A stretch of DNA of 25,204 nucleotides, from the NCBI GenBank assembly GCA_031421455.1, contig JANOOS010000225.1, forward strand, positions 1 through 25,204, in the 5' to 3' direction. The notes below the pieces were generated by a model, which was given only the letters and a program-made list of their open reading frames with translations, was not told where the DNA came from and did not search any database. The position numbers and the translations under genes were made by a program. This DNA comes from Nitrospira sp. GTDB lineage: Bacteria > Nitrospirota > Nitrospiria > Nitrospirales > Nitrospiraceae. Positions 1 through 8,562 of the stretch are shown here, one piece after another. Position 1 is the stretch's first letter. Every line of letters begins with the position of its first letter.

Positions 1-1
1 T

Positions 2-49
2 ATCGATAACATTCTCTTGCAGTCCACATCCCAAGCGGTTCCTGCCTAA
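2..49 (+). CDS. 3' end of an upstream gene, probably FtsH (partial)
   Basis: Frame 2 reads IDNILLQSTSQAVPA-stop (TAA 47-49). This resembles the FtsH C-terminal 'EIDxIL' helix, and ftsH commonly precedes folP-glmM. Only 15 codons are visible. Confidence 0.35.
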   Translation: MDNILLQSTSQAVPA

Positions 50-153
50 ATCTGCATCGCTGATCCCGGGACGCCATTTCAGGGCATTGGAGTCCCGGTC
101 AGTATATCTGAACGACGATAGGCGGCGGGCTTAGCCCGCTGGTGCAAGTTCAG

Positions 154-247
154 TTTGTCTGGTTCATCTGGTTTGTTTGGTTTGTCTTGTTTATTTGATT
201 AAACCGGATAACCAGATGAACTAAACAAACCAAACAAACCAGATAAC
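154..247. repeat. Palindromic array of degenerate 9-mers (TYYRTYTKG arm / CCAGAYARA arm), copy 1
   Basis: Left arm: tttgtctgg 154, ttcatctgg 163, tttgtttgg 172, tttgtcttg 181, tttatttga 190. Right arm: ccggataa 204, ccagatgaa 212, ctaaacaaa 221, ccaaacaaa 230, ccagataac 239. Confidence 0.85.
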
Positions 248-256
248 ACTCTTCTA

Positions 257-1129
257 ATGATGACATTGACAAGACAGGCAAAGGATCGGTTGATTGAATT
301 TCACGACCGGCCGTTGATTATGGGCGTCGTAAATGTGACGCCTGATTCATTCTTCGACGGAGGCTGCTATTTCGATACAGAAGCCGCTGTGGCCCATGCC
401 GTTCGGTTGGTAGAAGAAGGGGCGGATCTGTTGGATATCGGCGCTGAGTCGACGCGCCCAGGCGCCGATGCCGTGAACGAGGAAGAAGAACGTCGTCGTG
501 CAATTCCCGTTGTGACGGCAGTGGCAAAAGCCGTCACCGTGCCGATCTCAATTGATACTTCAAAGGCTGCTGTTGCGCGTGCGGCTCTCGATGCGGGGGC
601 GGTTCTCGTGAACGACGTCACGGCGCTACGAGGCGATCCTGCCATGGTCGATGTGGTGGTCCAAACAGGAGCTGGAATTGTCCTGATGCACATGAACGGA
701 ACGCCTCGTTCGATGCAGCAGGCCCCTCACTACGCCGATGTAATCGGAGAAATCTCTGAATTTTTCGAGGAACGCATTCGTTTTGCGGTGGCTCATGGGA
801 TTGTACGAAGACAGATCATTCTTGATCCCGGTATCGGATTTGGTAAGCTGCTGGAACATAACCTTGCGCTATTAGACCAATTGCGCCGGTTCACGGTGTT
901 TGAATGTCCAGTGCTGGTTGGTGTTTCGCAGAAGGGGTTCCTTGGGCAGCTCCTGGATCGTCCGGTTCAGGAACGCCAGTGGGGTACGGCGGCGGCGGTG
1001 GCAATGGCAGTCGATCGTGGAGCCGGAATTCTTCGAGTCCACGACGTGAGGGCCATGAAGGAAGTGGTTCAGGTGGCAGCGGCGATTAGCCGGCAGACGA
1101 TCATCTCTATGAAAGCCCAACATGCGTAA
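257..1129 (+). CDS. folP: Dihydropteroate synthase
   Basis: Motifs [43 protein letters not shown]; 290 aa. Confidence 0.96.
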   Translation: MMTLTRQAKDRLIEFHDRPLIMGVVNVTPDSFFDGGCYFDTEAAVAHAVRLVEEGADLLDIGAESTRPGADAVNEEEERRRAIPVVTAVAKAVTVPISIDTSKAAVARAALDAGAVLVNDVTALRGDPAMVDVVVQTGAGIVLMHMNGTPRSMQQAPHYADVIGEISEFFEERIRFAVAHGIVRRQIILDPGIGFGKLLEHNLALLDQLRRFTVFECPVLVGVSQKGFLGQLLDRPVQERQWGTAAAVAMAVDRGAGILRVHDVRAMKEVVQVAAAISRQTIISMKAQHA

Positions 1130-2471
1130 ATTATTCGGTACAGATGGGATTCGCGGGGTTGCCAACCTGGATCCGATGACCAGTGAAATGGCGATGCAGC
1201 TGGGGCGGGCCGCGGCGCATTTGTTTATGCGCCGAGCTGGACGTCATCAAATCGTGATCGGCAAGGACACCCGCATCTCCGGCTATATGTTGGAGTCGGC
1301 GTTGACTGCAGGGATTTGTTCGATGGGTGTCGATGTGCTGCTGGTGGGTCCGATGCCGACGCCGGCGATTGCGTTCTTGACGAGGAGTCTTCGGGCCGAT
1401 GCGGGAGTGATGATTTCGGCCTCGCACAACCCCTATCAGGATAACGGCATTAAGTTTTTTTCCAATGACGGTTTCAAGTTGCCGGATGAGATGGAAGCCC
1501 GTATCGAGGGGCTCATCGTTTCGAACGAGATCTCCCATTTGAGGCCAACGGCCGATGCCATCGGGAAAGCCTATCGAATCAACGACGCTGAGGGACGGTA
1601 CATCGAATTCGTCAAGCGGTCTCTCCCCAAAGAACTGGACTTCCAGGGGATGAAGGTCGTGGTCGATTGTGCCAACGGCGCAGCCTATAAGGTCGCGCCG
1701 ACGGTGTTACGCGAACTCGGGGCGAAGGTCGAAGTGATCGGTGATAAACCGGACGGGATGAATATCAATGCCGGCTGTGGTGCGGTGCATCCCGAACTAC
1801 TCCAGAAAGCTGTCCATGAGCAGGGGGCGCATCTCGGTATCGCGCTGGATGGGGATGCCGATCGCGCTATTTTCGTCTGTGAACAGGGAAGAGTCGTAGA
1901 CGGCGATCATATTATGGCGATGTTGGCGCTCGACCTTCATCGCCAGGGACAATTGGCGAAACAGACGGTAGTGGGAACTGTCATGAGCAACTTCGGGTTG
2001 GAGCAGGCCATGACGAAATCAGGCATCGCGCTTGAGCGAACTGCCGTCGGTGATCGGTATTTGCTGGAACGGATGTTGGCTGAGGGGTTTAACTTTGGAG
2101 GAGAGCAGTCTGGTCATTTCATCTTTCTGGATCACAATACAACCGGCGATGGCTTGATTTCAGCCTTGCAAGTACTATCGTTGATGAAGCGGACAGAAAA
2201 GCCCTTGTCCGAACTGGCTCAAGCCATGACGGCGGTGCCACAAGTGTTATTCAACGTGAAAGTCTTGAAGAAGCCGAAACTCGATACGGTTCCAGAACTG
2301 CAACGCGCGATTGCTCAAAGCGAACAGCGCCTCAACGGCAGTGGACGCGTGTTGGTGCGATACTCCGGGACCGAATCGCTCTTGCGCGTGATGGTTGAAG
2401 GCGAGTGCGATGACGAGATTCGTGAAGTGGCCAATCATCTCGTGGATGTCGTCAAGACTCATCTGGGTTAA
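1122..2471 (+). CDS. glmM: Phosphoglucosamine mutase
   Basis: [12 protein letters not shown]-terminus, SASHNP phosphoserine loop, DGDADR metal loop, GGEQSGH, VRYSGTE. Overlaps the folP stop by 8 nt. Confidence 0.97.
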   Translation: MRKLFGTDGIRGVANLDPMTSEMAMQLGRAAAHLFMRRAGRHQIVIGKDTRISGYMLESALTAGICSMGVDVLLVGPMPTPAIAFLTRSLRADAGVMISASHNPYQDNGIKFFSNDGFKLPDEMEARIEGLIVSNEISHLRPTADAIGKAYRINDAEGRYIEFVKRSLPKELDFQGMKVVVDCANGAAYKVAPTVLRELGAKVEVIGDKPDGMNINAGCGAVHPELLQKAVHEQGAHLGIALDGDADRAIFVCEQGRVVDGDHIMAMLALDLHRQGQLAKQTVVGTVMSNFGLEQAMTKSGIALERTAVGDRYLLERMLAEGFNFGGEQSGHFIFLDHNTTGDGLISALQVLSLMKRTEKPLSELAQAMTAVPQVLFNVKVLKKPKLDTVPELQRAIAQSEQRLNGSGRVLVRYSGTESLLRVMVEGECDDEIREVANHLVDVVKTHLG

Positions 2472-2500
2472 GATTCTAGCCCCCTATTCGAGGCAGGCTC

Positions 2501-5044
2501 ATGCTGCCGCCCCTCACCGTTGCCTTCGTTGCCGGGCTTCTTGTCGGATCGCAGATTCCCTATTTCCCCCTGTCCGCCTCGTTCCTGCTCCTCCTTGCTG
2601 CGCTAAGCAGCTTCATCCTTGAAAAGCTCAATTGGTGTTCCATTGTTCGAGCGATGTGGCTCTATGGCGCGCTCTTGCTGGGAGTTGTCTATTGGGCGGT
2701 GGCCGTTAACTTAACTGCCCATGACCCGATGGTCGAAGGCCAGTCAGATGCGGCAATCGAGGTGACTGGTCGTATTGTGGCCCCTGTCCAACTGGCGCCA
2801 GATCGACTGGTCATGATCGTCAGGACTGATGACCCGATTGATGAGTCGGGAGCGTCCAGGCATGTTCGTCTGACCTGGCGCACCGCGGAGCGGGTATTCT
2901 TTCAAGGCGATCGGGTCAGCTTTCGGGCAAAGATGCGTCGTCCAAGCGGATCATTGAATCCCGGGGGATTCGACTATGCAGCCTATATAGAGCGGCAAGG
3001 CATCGATGCGACCGCCACCGTGACCGGAGCCGAAGCGGTGCAGTTTCTTGAGTCCGGACGAGCGCATACCTGGTGGGCAATCTGGAACCAATTCGATCGT
3101 TGGAGGAGTAGCATCCGTCTTGCCGCAGTACAAACCCTTCCCCAGCCTCTATTGGGCCTCTATCTGGGCATCATCATCGGTGATCGAGGGTATTTGGATC
3201 CTGACCTTCGCGATCAGTTCATGGCGACTGGGACAGTCCATCTTCTTTCTATTTCAGGGAGTCACTTGGGTCTCGTCGCGCTACTCATCTTTGCAGTCGT
3301 CAGAGGGGTGACGCTTTGGTTGCCTGCAAATTGGCTTCTTGCGTTGTCTCGGAGAATCACGCCGACTCGCCTGGCCGCTGTCTCTACCTTCCTTCCCGTC
3401 GCAGGCTATGCCTGCCTGGCCGGTGCGGAACTGGCGACAATGCGTTCATTGCTGATGATGACTGTGGGGCTAAGTGCAATTTGGCTTGGCCAGGAGCGAC
3501 GTTTGTTCCATGCCCTCTCTGCCGCCGCAGTGGGGATTTTGCTGCACGACCCTCAGGCGGTATTCGATATTTCCTTTCAACTCTCGTTTTTGTCCGTCAT
3601 CGCCATTGCGGGATGGCTTTCATGGCCGGCTGCGGCAGAAGGTGAGGAGCTGCCGGACGAGCCGTCGGTCCTGAGAACCTGCATTCGATGGGGGAGAGAC
3701 TCTGTGGCGATGAGCGGGGTGGTTACTGTGGTGACCCTTCCTCTTGTTGCCTACTATTTCAATCAATTGCCCTGGCTCGGTCTTTTGACTAATGTGGTGG
3801 CTGTTCCAGTGATGGGGATCGTGCTGGTTCCAATCGGACTGGTTGCCGGAGTCTGGCAGATTCTGGTTGGTGGAACCATGCTGCCCCTGGCATCGCTGAA
3901 TCAGTGGTTCCTCGAATATTTTGTGGCGGCAATCCGTCTGGTATCGCTGCTACCGGGAGGGGAATGGCATGTCGCGGCCCCTTCTCTTTTCGCTATGCTG
4001 TTATTTTATGGTTGTGTCGTATTGCTGTGGTACCGAGTGGGGCGCCCAGCGTTCCGTTTGGCAGCAGGCGCCGGAATCCTATTGGTATTGCTGTGGTGGG
4101 CTTGGTCCCCACGGATGTTTCTTGATGGAGATCACTTCCGGGTCACGTTCCTGGATGTCGGTCAAGGCGATAGCGCAGTCGTTGAACTCCCCGATGGTCA
4201 GGTGGTGTTGATCGACGGAGGGGCGACGTATGAAAGATTCGATATGGGCCGTGGGGTGGTGGCGCCGTTTCTCTGGAACCGGGGCATCCATGCCATTGAC
4301 CAGGTCATCGGCACACATCCCCAGCTCGATCATGTCGGAGGCCTGGCCTGGGTGATCCGCCATTTCAGGGTGAAGAGCTATTGGGGTTCTGGCGAGACCC
4401 GTGAAGAATTGTTCTACCGGCGATTGCAGAATTCATTGGCGGCCCAAGGACTGCAAGAACAGGTGGCTAGGGAAGGACAGGAGATCCTGTCGTCCGGTTC
4501 CTGCAGGATGGTGGTGCTCAACCCGCCGGAGGACGCGCAATTTAACGTGGCGCTTCTGGATCGCAATGTGAGTGGGCATATGTTGAACAATCGGTCAGTG
4601 GTGACCCGTCTGACTTGCGGTATTCATAGGATGCTCTTCGCTGCGGATGTCGAGCAAGATAGCTTGTCACGGATGGCCCGCGCCGCATCTCATGGTCCGA
4701 TCGAAGTTCTCAAGGTGCCTCATCACGGAGCGGTGAGTTCGTTGAATCGTGACTGGGTGGCATCGTTGCATCCCCAGTATGCCGTATTTTCGGCTGGCCG
4801 CCATAATCCCTATCGACACCCGGCCACGGCTGTTCTCGATGCTTATCAATCAGAAGGGAGCATGGTGCTGCGAACTGACCGTGACGGCGGGGTGTGGTTT
4901 ACCGGAGCGCTTTCCGATCCGACACTTCAACTGCACCGAACGAGAGAGTTGTTGTCACAGCCGACGAATAGTTCTTCGTGCCTGTGGGCCTGCGAACAGG
5001 CGAACTGGGTTCGGGTGTGGAAACGATGGCGGGACTCTCTTTAA
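2501..5044 (+). CDS. comEC: DNA internalization competence protein ComEC/Rec2 (OB-like + competence membrane domain + metallo-beta-lactamase domain)
   Basis: NPGGFDY, GTVHLLSISGSHLG, SFQLSF, FLDVGQGDS, THPQLDHVGG, KVPHHG, NPYRHP; many hydrophobic segments; 847 aa. Confidence 0.93.
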   Translation: MLPPLTVAFVAGLLVGSQIPYFPLSASFLLLLAALSSFILEKLNWCSIVRAMWLYGALLLGVVYWAVAVNLTAHDPMVEGQSDAAIEVTGRIVAPVQLAPDRLVMIVRTDDPIDESGASRHVRLTWRTAERVFFQGDRVSFRAKMRRPSGSLNPGGFDYAAYIERQGIDATATVTGAEAVQFLESGRAHTWWAIWNQFDRWRSSIRLAAVQTLPQPLLGLYLGIIIGDRGYLDPDLRDQFMATGTVHLLSISGSHLGLVALLIFAVVRGVTLWLPANWLLALSRRITPTRLAAVSTFLPVAGYACLAGAELATMRSLLMMTVGLSAIWLGQERRLFHALSAAAVGILLHDPQAVFDISFQLSFLSVIAIAGWLSWPAAAEGEELPDEPSVLRTCIRWGRDSVAMSGVVTVVTLPLVAYYFNQLPWLGLLTNVVAVPVMGIVLVPIGLVAGVWQILVGGTMLPLASLNQWFLEYFVAAIRLVSLLPGGEWHVAAPSLFAMLLFYGCVVLLWYRVGRPAFRLAAGAGILLVLLWWAWSPRMFLDGDHFRVTFLDVGQGDSAVVELPDGQVVLIDGGATYERFDMGRGVVAPFLWNRGIHAIDQVIGTHPQLDHVGGLAWVIRHFRVKSYWGSGETREELFYRRLQNSLAAQGLQEQVAREGQEILSSGSCRMVVLNPPEDAQFNVALLDRNVSGHMLNNRSVVTRLTCGIHRMLFAADVEQDSLSRMARAASHGPIEVLKVPHHGAVSSLNRDWVASLHPQYAVFSAGRHNPYRHPATAVLDAYQSEGSMVLRTDRDGGVWFTGALSDPTLQLHRTRELLSQPTNSSSCLWACEQANWVRVWKRWRDSL

Positions 5045-5057
5045 CCCGCGAGTCCTG

Positions 5058-5193
5058 TCTATCTGGTCTATCTGGTCTATTCGGTCTGTCTTGTCTATCT
5101 TGTCTGTCTGGTGAGTCTTGCCCGCGCGACTAGTTGACAAGAAAGACAGAGTAGACCTCTCCGACAAGACAGACCGAATAGACCAGACAGACC
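5058..5193. repeat. Palindromic 9-mer array, copy 2
   Basis: Six tandem 9-mers at 5058-5111 (tctatctgg x2, tctattcgg, tctgtcttg, tctatcttg, tctgtctgg). Segment 5065-5095 is a 30/31 inverted repeat of 5163-5193. Confidence 0.92.
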
Positions 5194-5257
5194 GGGGATG
5201 TTTCATCCTACTACTGGGGGCTTGCACTCAGCATCAGTTCCCGCTACAAGATCCCTC

Positions 5258-6289
5258 ATGGTTTCTACCGTTGAATGGAAAAATGGCGTAGTACGGCTTC
5301 TCGACCAGAGCCGTCTCCCAGAGTTCGTTGAGTTTCTGGATTGCCTGGACTATCGGACCGTCGCCGACGCCATTCGCAACCTTAAAGTACGAGGTGCCCC
5401 GGCGATCGGGGTGACCGCAGCAATGGGTGTCGCGCTCGGCGCCAAGACCATCACGGCATCCGACTATGAGACTTTCGCCAAAGAGGTTCTGCTAATTTGC
5501 GATCACCTCGCGGCGACTAGGCCGACCGCGGTGAACCTGTTTTGGGCTATCGAACGGATGAAGCGTCTGCTCACCTCGTTACATTCGCAGCCTGTTGCGT
5601 CTATCAAATCTGCTCTGCTGAAGGAGTCACAAGTCATTCTAGATGAAGATATTGCCCTCTGTAAGGCGATGGGACGACATGGAGCGGAACTTATTGCGAG
5701 CGGTCAAACCGTCCTGACCCATTGTAATGCCGGCGCGTTGGCGACAGCCGGCTATGGCACGGCATTGGGCGTCATTCGCGCAGCCTGGGATCAGGGGAAG
5801 AAAATTCAAGTCATTGCAGACGAAACCAGGCCGGTCCTGCAAGGCGCGCGGCTCACGGCCTGGGAATTGATGCAGGACAAAATTCCCGTGACCCTCATCA
5901 CGGACAATATGGCAGGCACACTCATGCGGCAGGGGAAAATTCACCTCTGTATCGTGGGGGCTGATCGGATCGCCGCCAACGGGGATGTGGCGAACAAGAT
6001 CGGGACCTACTCAGTCGCAGTGCTGGCGAAAGCCCACGGGATTCCCTTCTACGTGGCCGCGCCCTATTCCACAATCGATCTGAAGACCAAAACAGGAGAG
6101 GATATCCCCATCGAACAACGGAACCCTGCAGAAGTCACCACCATCCACGGCAGCCATCCCATCGCACCAGCCGGAGTCGCGGTCTACAATCCTGCGTTCG
6201 ACGTGACTCCGGCGGATCTGATCACCGGCATCATCACCGAACGGGGCGTCTTCAAGCCGGCTGACCTCGCCGCCCAGTTTCAGTCATAA
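5258..6289 (+). CDS. mtnA: S-methyl-5-thioribose-1-phosphate isomerase (methionine salvage)
   Basis: [65 protein letters not shown]. The start is moved from 5198 to ATG 5258 (MVSTVEWK) to match typical family length. Confidence 0.93.
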   Translation: MVSTVEWKNGVVRLLDQSRLPEFVEFLDCLDYRTVADAIRNLKVRGAPAIGVTAAMGVALGAKTITASDYETFAKEVLLICDHLAATRPTAVNLFWAIERMKRLLTSLHSQPVASIKSALLKESQVILDEDIALCKAMGRHGAELIASGQTVLTHCNAGALATAGYGTALGVIRAAWDQGKKIQVIADETRPVLQGARLTAWELMQDKIPVTLITDNMAGTLMRQGKIHLCIVGADRIAANGDVANKIGTYSVAVLAKAHGIPFYVAAPYSTIDLKTKTGEDIPIEQRNPAEVTTIHGSHPIAPAGVAVYNPAFDVTPADLITGIITERGVFKPADLAAQFQS

Positions 6290-6349
6290 TTTAGTTCACA
6301 ATTGCTCGCGCTGAATTATTGGTTTCCCTGGGTCACGCAATAGCACAAA

Positions 6350-6385
6350 CCAGATAGACCAGACCAACCAGATGAAGCAGATAGA
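6350..6385. repeat. 9-mer array, copy 3 (purine-rich arm only)
   Basis: ccagataga, ccagaccaa, ccagatgaa and gcagataga in tandem; no clear complementary arm. Confidence 0.7.
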
Positions 6386-6489
6386 AGCAATGTAGATGAT
6401 GAAGGGGAGGAACTCCTGCCCGTCCTGCATTTCACGCGAGTCTCTCACCTCTCGCTTGTCACGCACAGTCTAGGACCGTACAGGATTGC

Positions 6490-6864
6490 TTAAGTGCGTG
6501 TGCTTCTGAGGTATTCGTCCAACGCTTGGAGCAGGGGGAGATGCGCGGAGAGGCGGCGATACACTTCCTTGGCGAGTGCTTCGTCATAGGTGTGGGCGGT
6601 GCGATTTCTGTCTTCGAGCATGGCCAGCCACCCGGTTTCGTCGCCGAGCCAGCCATTCTTATAGGCGAGTTTGAGGCAACCTTTCGGCGATTGGCAGTCC
6701 AGCCCTTCCGTCCGCACCCGCTCTTGGATTACTTTCCAGGCCAATTCGAAGCAAAACTCAAAGCGCTGAATGGCGGCATCCCGGCTAAGGTCTGTTTCCG
6801 AGGCCATGAGAGCTTCGTTGAGGCGCACGATGGCACGGCTGAAACTGTCGCGCCGCGCGGTCAT
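6490..6864 (-). CDS. HEPN-like protein, HI0074/nucleotidyltransferase substrate-binding family (putative toxin)
   Basis: RDAAIQRFEFCFELAWK motif and RNRTAHTY, which fits RX4HXY (6586-6609); 124 aa; ATGA overlap with the MNT gene. Confidence 0.88.
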   Translation of the reverse strand: MTARRDSFSRAIVRLNEALMASETDLSRDAAIQRFEFCFELAWKVIQERVRTEGLDCQSPKGCLKLAYKNGWLGDETGWLAMLEDRNRTAHTYDEALAKEVYRRLSAHLPLLQALDEYLRSTRT

Positions 6865-7175
6865 AGGCGGACTCCATGACGCAGAATTTCATTTCTGAGC
6901 GCTTCGCCTACGGTGTGGAGGTCCACGAGGTCGATTTCATGAAGCGTTGCGATGTTATCCAGAAGTCCTCGGAGCTCGGCTAGTCGCTCAGGTGGAAATG
7001 CCCTGGAACCATCGATGGCGATATCTACGTCGGCGTGGGGCCTGGCGGTACCCTTCGGCCAGGATCCAAACCAGATTACCTCGATGTCTGCGCCCAGGAC
7101 ACGTCTGGCGAGAAGAGCGACTTCTTGCGCGATCTGTTGAGGCCGAGCCATGAGTTCTTGGTGGAGCATGCGCAC
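6861..7175 (-). CDS. Minimal nucleotidyltransferase (MNT; putative antitoxin)
   Basis: FGSWPKGTARPHADVD fits GSX10DXD, plus the downstream IDLVDL; ~96-104 aa. The start is uncertain (GTG 7175, ATG 7169 or ATG 7151). Confidence 0.86.
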   Translation of the reverse strand: MRMLHQELMARPQQIAQEVALLARRVLGADIEVIWFGSWPKGTARPHADVDIAIDGSRAFPPERLAELRGLLDNIATLHEIDLVDLHTVGEALRNEILRHGVRL

Positions 7176-7390
7176 AGTGTAGCGGTTCTGGCGATGATGT
7201 CAACCGGGTTGGCCTGAGCTCTTATCTTCACTCCTGGTCGGCCCTTGATCTGTTCCCGCTATGCCTCCGCTGACGTCGATATGGGCAGCTGTCGAACAAG
7301 ATGTGTTTGGCGATGAGCCACTTCACTCATAAACCTCCAACGCGGAACACTGATTGAGCGAGGTCTAGGAGTTCGCCGCTTTTCCGACCC

Positions 7391-7419
7391 TTGCAAGCCT
7401 ATTATCAGCCACTTATAAT
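7391..7419 (+). promoter_or_regulatory. Sigma70-type promoter for ndk
   Basis: TTGCAA (7391-7396), 17-nt spacer, TATAAT (7414-7419); GGAGGA at 7455-7460 upstream of ATG 7473. Confidence 0.75.
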
Positions 7420-7472
7420 GCACCAGCTGCTTTCAATCTATTCATTAACTGTCTGGAGGAATCTCAGAACCC

Positions 7473-7892
7473 ATGAGTGAACGAACATTAGCCATTATCA
7501 AGCCTGATGCGGTGAAGAAGAACGCGATTGGCGATATTGTTTCCCGTTATGACAAAGCTGGTTTAAAACCAGTGGCCATACGCATGATGCAGTTTTCCAA
7601 ATCGACAGCGGAGGGGTTTTACGCTGTGCATAAGGCCCGTCCGTTTTTCGATAGCCTCTGCACGTTCATGGTCTCCGGTCCGGTCGTGGTGCTGGTCCTG
7701 CAGGGTGACAATGCGATCAAGAAGAACCGTGAGCTGATGGGTGCGACCGATCCGGCCAAGGCGGAGGCGGGCACGATACGCAAGGCCCATGGGGCGAACA
7801 TCGAATTCAATGCTGTGCATGGGTCCGATTCGCCGGAGACTGCCAAGTTCGAGATTGGATATTTCTTTCCCGAAATGGATCTAGTCGGATAA
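7473..7892 (+). CDS. ndk: Nucleoside diphosphate kinase
   Basis: [32 protein letters not shown] and the NAVHGSDS catalytic His; 139 aa. Confidence 0.97.
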   Translation: MSERTLAIIKPDAVKKNAIGDIVSRYDKAGLKPVAIRMMQFSKSTAEGFYAVHKARPFFDSLCTFMVSGPVVVLVLQGDNAIKKNRELMGATDPAKAEAGTIRKAHGANIEFNAVHGSDSPETAKFEIGYFFPEMDLVG

Positions 7893-7984
7893 AGGGGCCA
7901 GACCATCTATAACAGGCTGTGGAAATGCATATTGGTACGCTAGAGATTTGATGGTTTGCACGTGGACACAACAGTAAAACACCC

Positions 7985-8113
7985 TCGTAGGATGCTCAAA
8001 AATGCCGTTCAGCGCGGCCGCAGCGAGCGATGAGGCGAGGCGTACCCTTGCGGTACGTTGAGTCTCTGAGCGATGCGAGAACAAAGCTGGCGGGATTTTT
8101 CAGCATCCTGCTA
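7985..8113. mobile_element. MITE-like non-coding element with terminal inverted repeats
   Basis: Left end tcgtaggatgctcaaaaa (7985-8002) matches the reverse complement of right end tttttcagcatcctgcta (8096-8113) at 15/18. The core AGGATGCT[C/G]AAAAA matches 13/14. Internal hairpin cgtacc-cttgc-ggtacg at 8041-8057; no transposase. Confidence 0.75.
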
Positions 8114-8127
8114 AAAAGGGAGCGCGC

Positions 8128-8514
8128 ATGATTCCTCTAGACCTCCGTTACCACGAAGAGCATGAATGGGTGCGTGTGAGCGGCACGCAGGCGACTGTCG
8201 GCATCAGTCATTTCGCCCAAGATGCGTTGGGCGATATCGTCTTTATCGATATGCCAAAGCCTGGTGCCGTCGTCAAGGTAGGGCAGCAGATCGGTGAAGT
8301 GGAATCGACCAAGACGACCTCTACGATCTACACCCCTGTGAGTGGCGCCATTGCCAAGGTCAATGCCGACTTGAAAGACCATCCGGAAGTGGTGAACTCC
8401 GATCCCTATGGCAAAGGCTGGATGGTGGTGATCGATCTGTCGAGCGCGAGCGAGGTGGACAAGCTGATGACTGCTGCACAGTATGAAGCCTTTCTTGCCA
8501 ACCAGAAACATTGA
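8128..8514 (+). CDS. gcvH: Glycine cleavage system H protein (lipoyl carrier)
   Basis: YHEEHEWVRV, GISHFAQDALGDIVF, GEVESTK lipoyl-Lys motif, VNSDPYGKGW; GGGAG RBS. Confidence 0.95.
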   Translation: MIPLDLRYHEEHEWVRVSGTQATVGISHFAQDALGDIVFIDMPKPGAVVKVGQQIGEVESTKTTSTIYTPVSGAIAKVNADLKDHPEVVNSDPYGKGWMVVIDLSSASEVDKLMTAAQYEAFLANQKH

Positions 8515-8562
8515 ACCATTCGCGCAATGACTCAATCGGCAATGGGCCGATGACTCAATGAC
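8509..8562. repeat. Short 8-mer-type repeat cluster (CAATGACT / CATTG) spanning the gcvH-lpdA junction
   Basis: atgactcaat occurs at 8527-8536 and 8550-8559. CAAT cores recur at 7-8 nt spacing, with complementary cattgaac/cattcgcg on the left. Confidence 0.6.

Noticed and set aside
66-139. Hairpins at 66-98 and 125-139 after the putative ftsH stop as terminators
   Set aside because: The stems are short or imperfect with no adjacent U-tract, so they are too weak to call.
5134-5162. TTGACA inside the loop of 9-mer array copy 2 as an mtnA promoter
   Set aside because: There is no acceptable -10 hexamer at 16-18 nt spacing.
4749-5227. ORFs 4749..5114(+) and 4955..5227(-) with periodic tails ([13 protein letters not shown] / [16 protein letters not shown])
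   Set aside because: The 3-aa periodicity is just the 9-mer DNA array translated, and both ORFs overlap comEC.
5198-5257. 20-codon N-terminal extension of mtnA; eIF-2B annotation
   Set aside because: Family similarity begins at MVSTVEWK (5258), and the motifs fit bacterial MtnA.
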